Assembly (NCBI RefSeq): GCF_001194135.2
Contig: NC_068981.1
Span: 129,063,252 to 129,127,251, forward strand
Origin: Octopus bimaculoides
Taxonomy: Eukaryota
Length of the DNA: 64,000 nucleotides
Reading direction: 5' to 3'
The notes below the pieces were generated by a model. It worked only from the letters and a program-made list of their open reading frames with translations, was not told the DNA's origin and searched no databases. How positions within the stretch are numbered: position 1 is the stretch's first letter; each line of letters starts with the position of its first letter. A program made the translations under genes and the position numbers. This document shows positions 60,700 to 64,000 of the stretch, one piece after another.

Positions 60700-61560
60700 G
60701 ACAATATCAGAGAGACATAGAGGATGAATGCAGCGAGAGCATCCCAGCTACCCTCACTACTTCCATTTCAGTGTTTACTTTGACCTACTTGCACAGGGAC
60801 TGAAGGTCTTTTCCAGTGATGCATGTCATCACTTGTCCCTTGTCATCTCTTTTGTGGGACTCAGTGTCTTGAGATCAGTCTTCACCAATTCATCTCAAGT
60901 TTTTCTAGAGCTTCCTTTTGTGCAGGTTTCATTCACTAAATACTATGCTCTTTTTTTATACAATTGTCATCATCAATATGCATCACATATCTATACCAGT
61001 GCAGTCTTCTCTCTTACATCCAGATTTTCTTTTAACTGATTTGAAATCCATCGTTCATGCACACTAAAATTTGACATGCTGTAAAGCAGGCTCATTTGAT
61101 TTCTTTATACTCTTTTCAAATCCTCTGAATTTAAGGTCCATGTTTCACCACCATGAATCATTGCTCCTTGCTCACAAGCATCATACAATTTGCTCTTTAG
61201 TCTGAAGTGGTAATAGCTCCATGAACTTCTTCCAACCCATTCTTACTCTGGCTACTATACTCTCAGAATACCCACCTCTACTGCTCATTAGATCACCTAG
61301 GTAACAGAAACTATTAATTACTTGCTCCAGTTATTGTCTGACCAGATTGAAGCATCATTTACTCTTTTGCTTCATGTGAAAAAAATGCCTTCTACTGATC
61401 AGGTGTTCCATTTGTTGCCAACACCTCTGTGCAATGAGTCCAGTCTGCTATGGCTAATGATGTGCTGATATGTACTGTATCTGATATCTGAGACATCAGA
61501 TATGTTTTACCACAGCTGCAATCTTGGGTCAAGTGAAGACCAAGACCAGGTGCTTGGCAT
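60700..61560 (-). mobile_element. Decayed RTE LINE C-terminal region
   Basis: Minus-strand RRLHWYRYVM...GSSRKT.DELVKTDLKTL..TKEMTRDK. Confidence 0.7.
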
Positions 61561-63029
61561 CTGTTATTTTGTTCAGATGCTCACAGCCCTTTACTAATCT
61601 GGCAATACAGCTAGCCGAACTTGCACATAGCATTCAGTAGAGGCCTAGTGATGAGGAAGAGTAACAACGTTTTAGGGAAATTCTAAGCATTGACAAGCAC
61701 CAAGTAATTGATCTCTTCAAAGATTGGTGAAATGGTGTGGTTGCCTGAGTGAATGGGCCTGCTCCCAGTATGTGCCAAAAACACTGGAAAAGGACAGCTA
61801 GAAGGCACTTACCTTTGGTATTCAGAGTAATCTTGCATTTGTAGGATTTCTCACACATTTGTATATTGTATATATCACTTTTTCTTTATTGTGAATGGTT
61901 GATTTTGCCTTCTATCCTTTTGGGGTCAATAAATTAAGTATCAGTCAAGTACTGGGGTCGATGTAATCAACATTCCCCCTCTCCCAAAATTTCAGGCCTT
62001 GTACCAATAGTAGAAAGGATTATTATTATTATTATCATATTTTAAAAGGAGTGACATAACTCCTCACAAAGGTAAATAAACAATACAAAGAGTGCAGTGC
62101 AATTGCAAATTGATATTTTATTGGTTTGAAGAATATTTCAACAGCTTGCCTGCCTTTGTCGAGTTCAAAATGAAAAGTGATACATAGAAATTCAAATTCA
62201 AAAGTTTGAACAAGGGAAACCCCACTTTGATGGAATGACATCATCTTTAATTTTCAATTTTACAACTGGAAAAAAGAAAAGGAAAGAAGAAAAAAAGAAG
62301 AATATTTAATCAAACAGTTTTGTGTAAATATGATGAAATTCCTGTCATTTTGTTCATTCTTTCAGAGTGTGATGTTAATGACTCACAAACATATTTCTCC
62401 TCGTGCATTTTGAGGACTGAAAGTGTAGCAGATTCAGAATATTTTCTGAGAATATGCACTTTCAAGTCTTTTTCAAAATTGCAGCTGTTTGATGTAAAGT
62501 TTTCGGCAAGATCTGTTGAGCTACTGTTATTGTGCCTGACGTCATATCTGTGCCCATTGAATCTTTTGTTTAATTGTTCTGTTGTTGCTGAGACTCCCTT
62601 CGGTCATGACTGACCATGGGATTGCACCTAGAAAGTTACCCTTCCGGGCAAGGTTGTTTATGGAAGACCAGCAGTCGCCCATGCATACCAGCTTCCCCTC
62701 TCTACACCACCAGTGTTATCCAAGGGAAAGGCAAAGGTTGATACAGCTTGGCACCTGTGACATCACAACTCATTTCTACAGCTGAGCAAACTGGAGCAAC
62801 ATGAAATAAAGTGTCTTGCTCAAGAACACAACATGCAGCCCAGTCCATTTCTGTTATGTTTCCTGATAGAATTGACTTGAGTCATGTTGTTGCACAATGA
62901 ACAGGGCTTGCCTCTCTTGTGGCTGAGTTTCAAGGTACAGCATGCAGAAACTCCAGTGTTAGTTTTCTTGGAGTGAGAAGTAGAGGTTAATAGTTCTCTT
63001 ATATTTTTATTCCATCTGAAGGTTAATGA

Positions 63030-63130
63030 TGTAAAAAAACATCATACAAACATGTCTGAGGCTTGGATTGACTTTAAGAAGGCATATGATATGATGGTTC
63101 ATTCTTCGGTCGTTAAATGCCTTGGTGATG
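63030..63130 (+). mobile_element. R4/Dong-type RT fragment
   Basis: KHHTNMSEAWIDFKKAYDMMVHS matches the W(I/V)DYKKAYD motif. Confidence 0.65.
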
Positions 63131-63245
63131 GATTACGTCAGCTATGTTTACCTTAGTGATGGATTGTGTCAATCGTACAAAGTAAAGAACTCTTCTCTCT
63201 TTATCTATAAAAACTTCTGTTGAGTTACTTCAGTCCTACATAAAC

Positions 63246-63294
<49 letters not shown>
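63246..63294. repeat. (TTA)n microsatellite
   Basis: Seen directly. Confidence 0.97.
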
Positions 63295-63348
63295 TGTAAA
63301 GAATAAAAAGTTTAGGAAGGTTATTATTATTATTTTTTTTTTTTTCAG

Positions 63349-63416
63349 GTGTTGTCATGAAGAATGGAGATAGATTAGAAGTAGAGATCCGTGGTTGCTC
63401 AATCTGGTCTGTTGAG
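63349..63416 (+). CDS. QNG1: QNG1 coding exon 8; the gene continues beyond the window
   Basis: tttttcag|(G)VVMKNGDRLEVEIRGCSIWSVE|gtaatt; EVEIRGCS motif. The terminal DYYLW...HR.R.IYY exon was not found in the window. Confidence 0.95.
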
Positions 63417-64000
63417 GTAATTTGTGTTGAGTTTTGTGTATTTATTACTTTTAATCCTGCAGGTGTATATACATGATTGTAGGTCTAGTTAGGTGCACAT
63501 GTGTGTGTGTTTGACCCCACCACTGCCTGACGACCAGTGTTGATTTCTGAACATCCCTGTAACTTAGCAGTTCAACAAAAGAGACTGATATAGAATAAGT
63601 ACTGGCGTCAATTTGTTTCATTAAACCCTTCAAGGCAGTGCTCCATCATGGCTGCAGTCCAATGACTGAAAAAAACAATAATGATAATATGGCCCTGAAT
63701 AAATAAGAAGGATGTAATTGTCATGAATAGGATGTTTTAAATCATGGGTTTACTACTTCCTTGAGGCTAATCAGGAACAATAATACTTATAAAATACTAG
63801 AATAAGTTTTATGGCACGAGGAAGAAAGGAAGTCAAATATTTTTTTATGTATATAAGTAAAGAAAAGATTCTTCCATTGTTTCAAACTAATTTTTCTATC
63901 ATTTTTAATTTATGTGTGTATGTATATGTGTTTGTATGTGTGTTTGTATGCTGATGCCACATAAAACCACTCACACCAGTGCTACATTAAAAGCATCCAG

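Overview
This is AT-rich, repeat-dense animal genomic DNA. The SINE, RTE and LINE repertoire is typical of an octopus (coleoid cephalopod); that assignment is an inference from the repeats. Four protein-coding genes are recognisable. (1) The last coding exon of KLHL20/diablo (+, 344-535). (2) An intronless RBM34 (-, 18950-20125). (3) An intronless TECR (-, 30783-31697). (4) The first eight coding exons of the queuosine-salvage hydrolase QNG1/C9orf64 (+, 43490-63416; the C-terminal exon lies beyond the window). All eight QNG1 exons have GT-AG boundaries and splice in frame. The rest is mostly decayed transposons: RTE, CR1/L2, R4/Dong and other RLE LINEs, Penelope-like elements, Helitrons, mariner, Tc1, piggyBac-type and other MITEs, and tRNA-derived SINEs. 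Items worth follow-up: both intronless housekeeping genes are followed on the same strand by CpG-rich first-exon-like segments with splice donors; a spliced minus-strand transcript appears to diverge from the QNG1 promoter; an AG|GTAAGT site resembles a recursive splice site; a LINE/3'UTR chimera sits in the last KLHL20 intron; there are several long fold-back elements, one with a head-to-head TTAGGG/CCCTAA core; and there is a tRNA-Lys(TTT) remnant carrying an intron-like insert. No prokaryotic-type system (CRISPR, operon) is present. Repeat boundaries were read by eye and are approximate; exon boundaries were counted.
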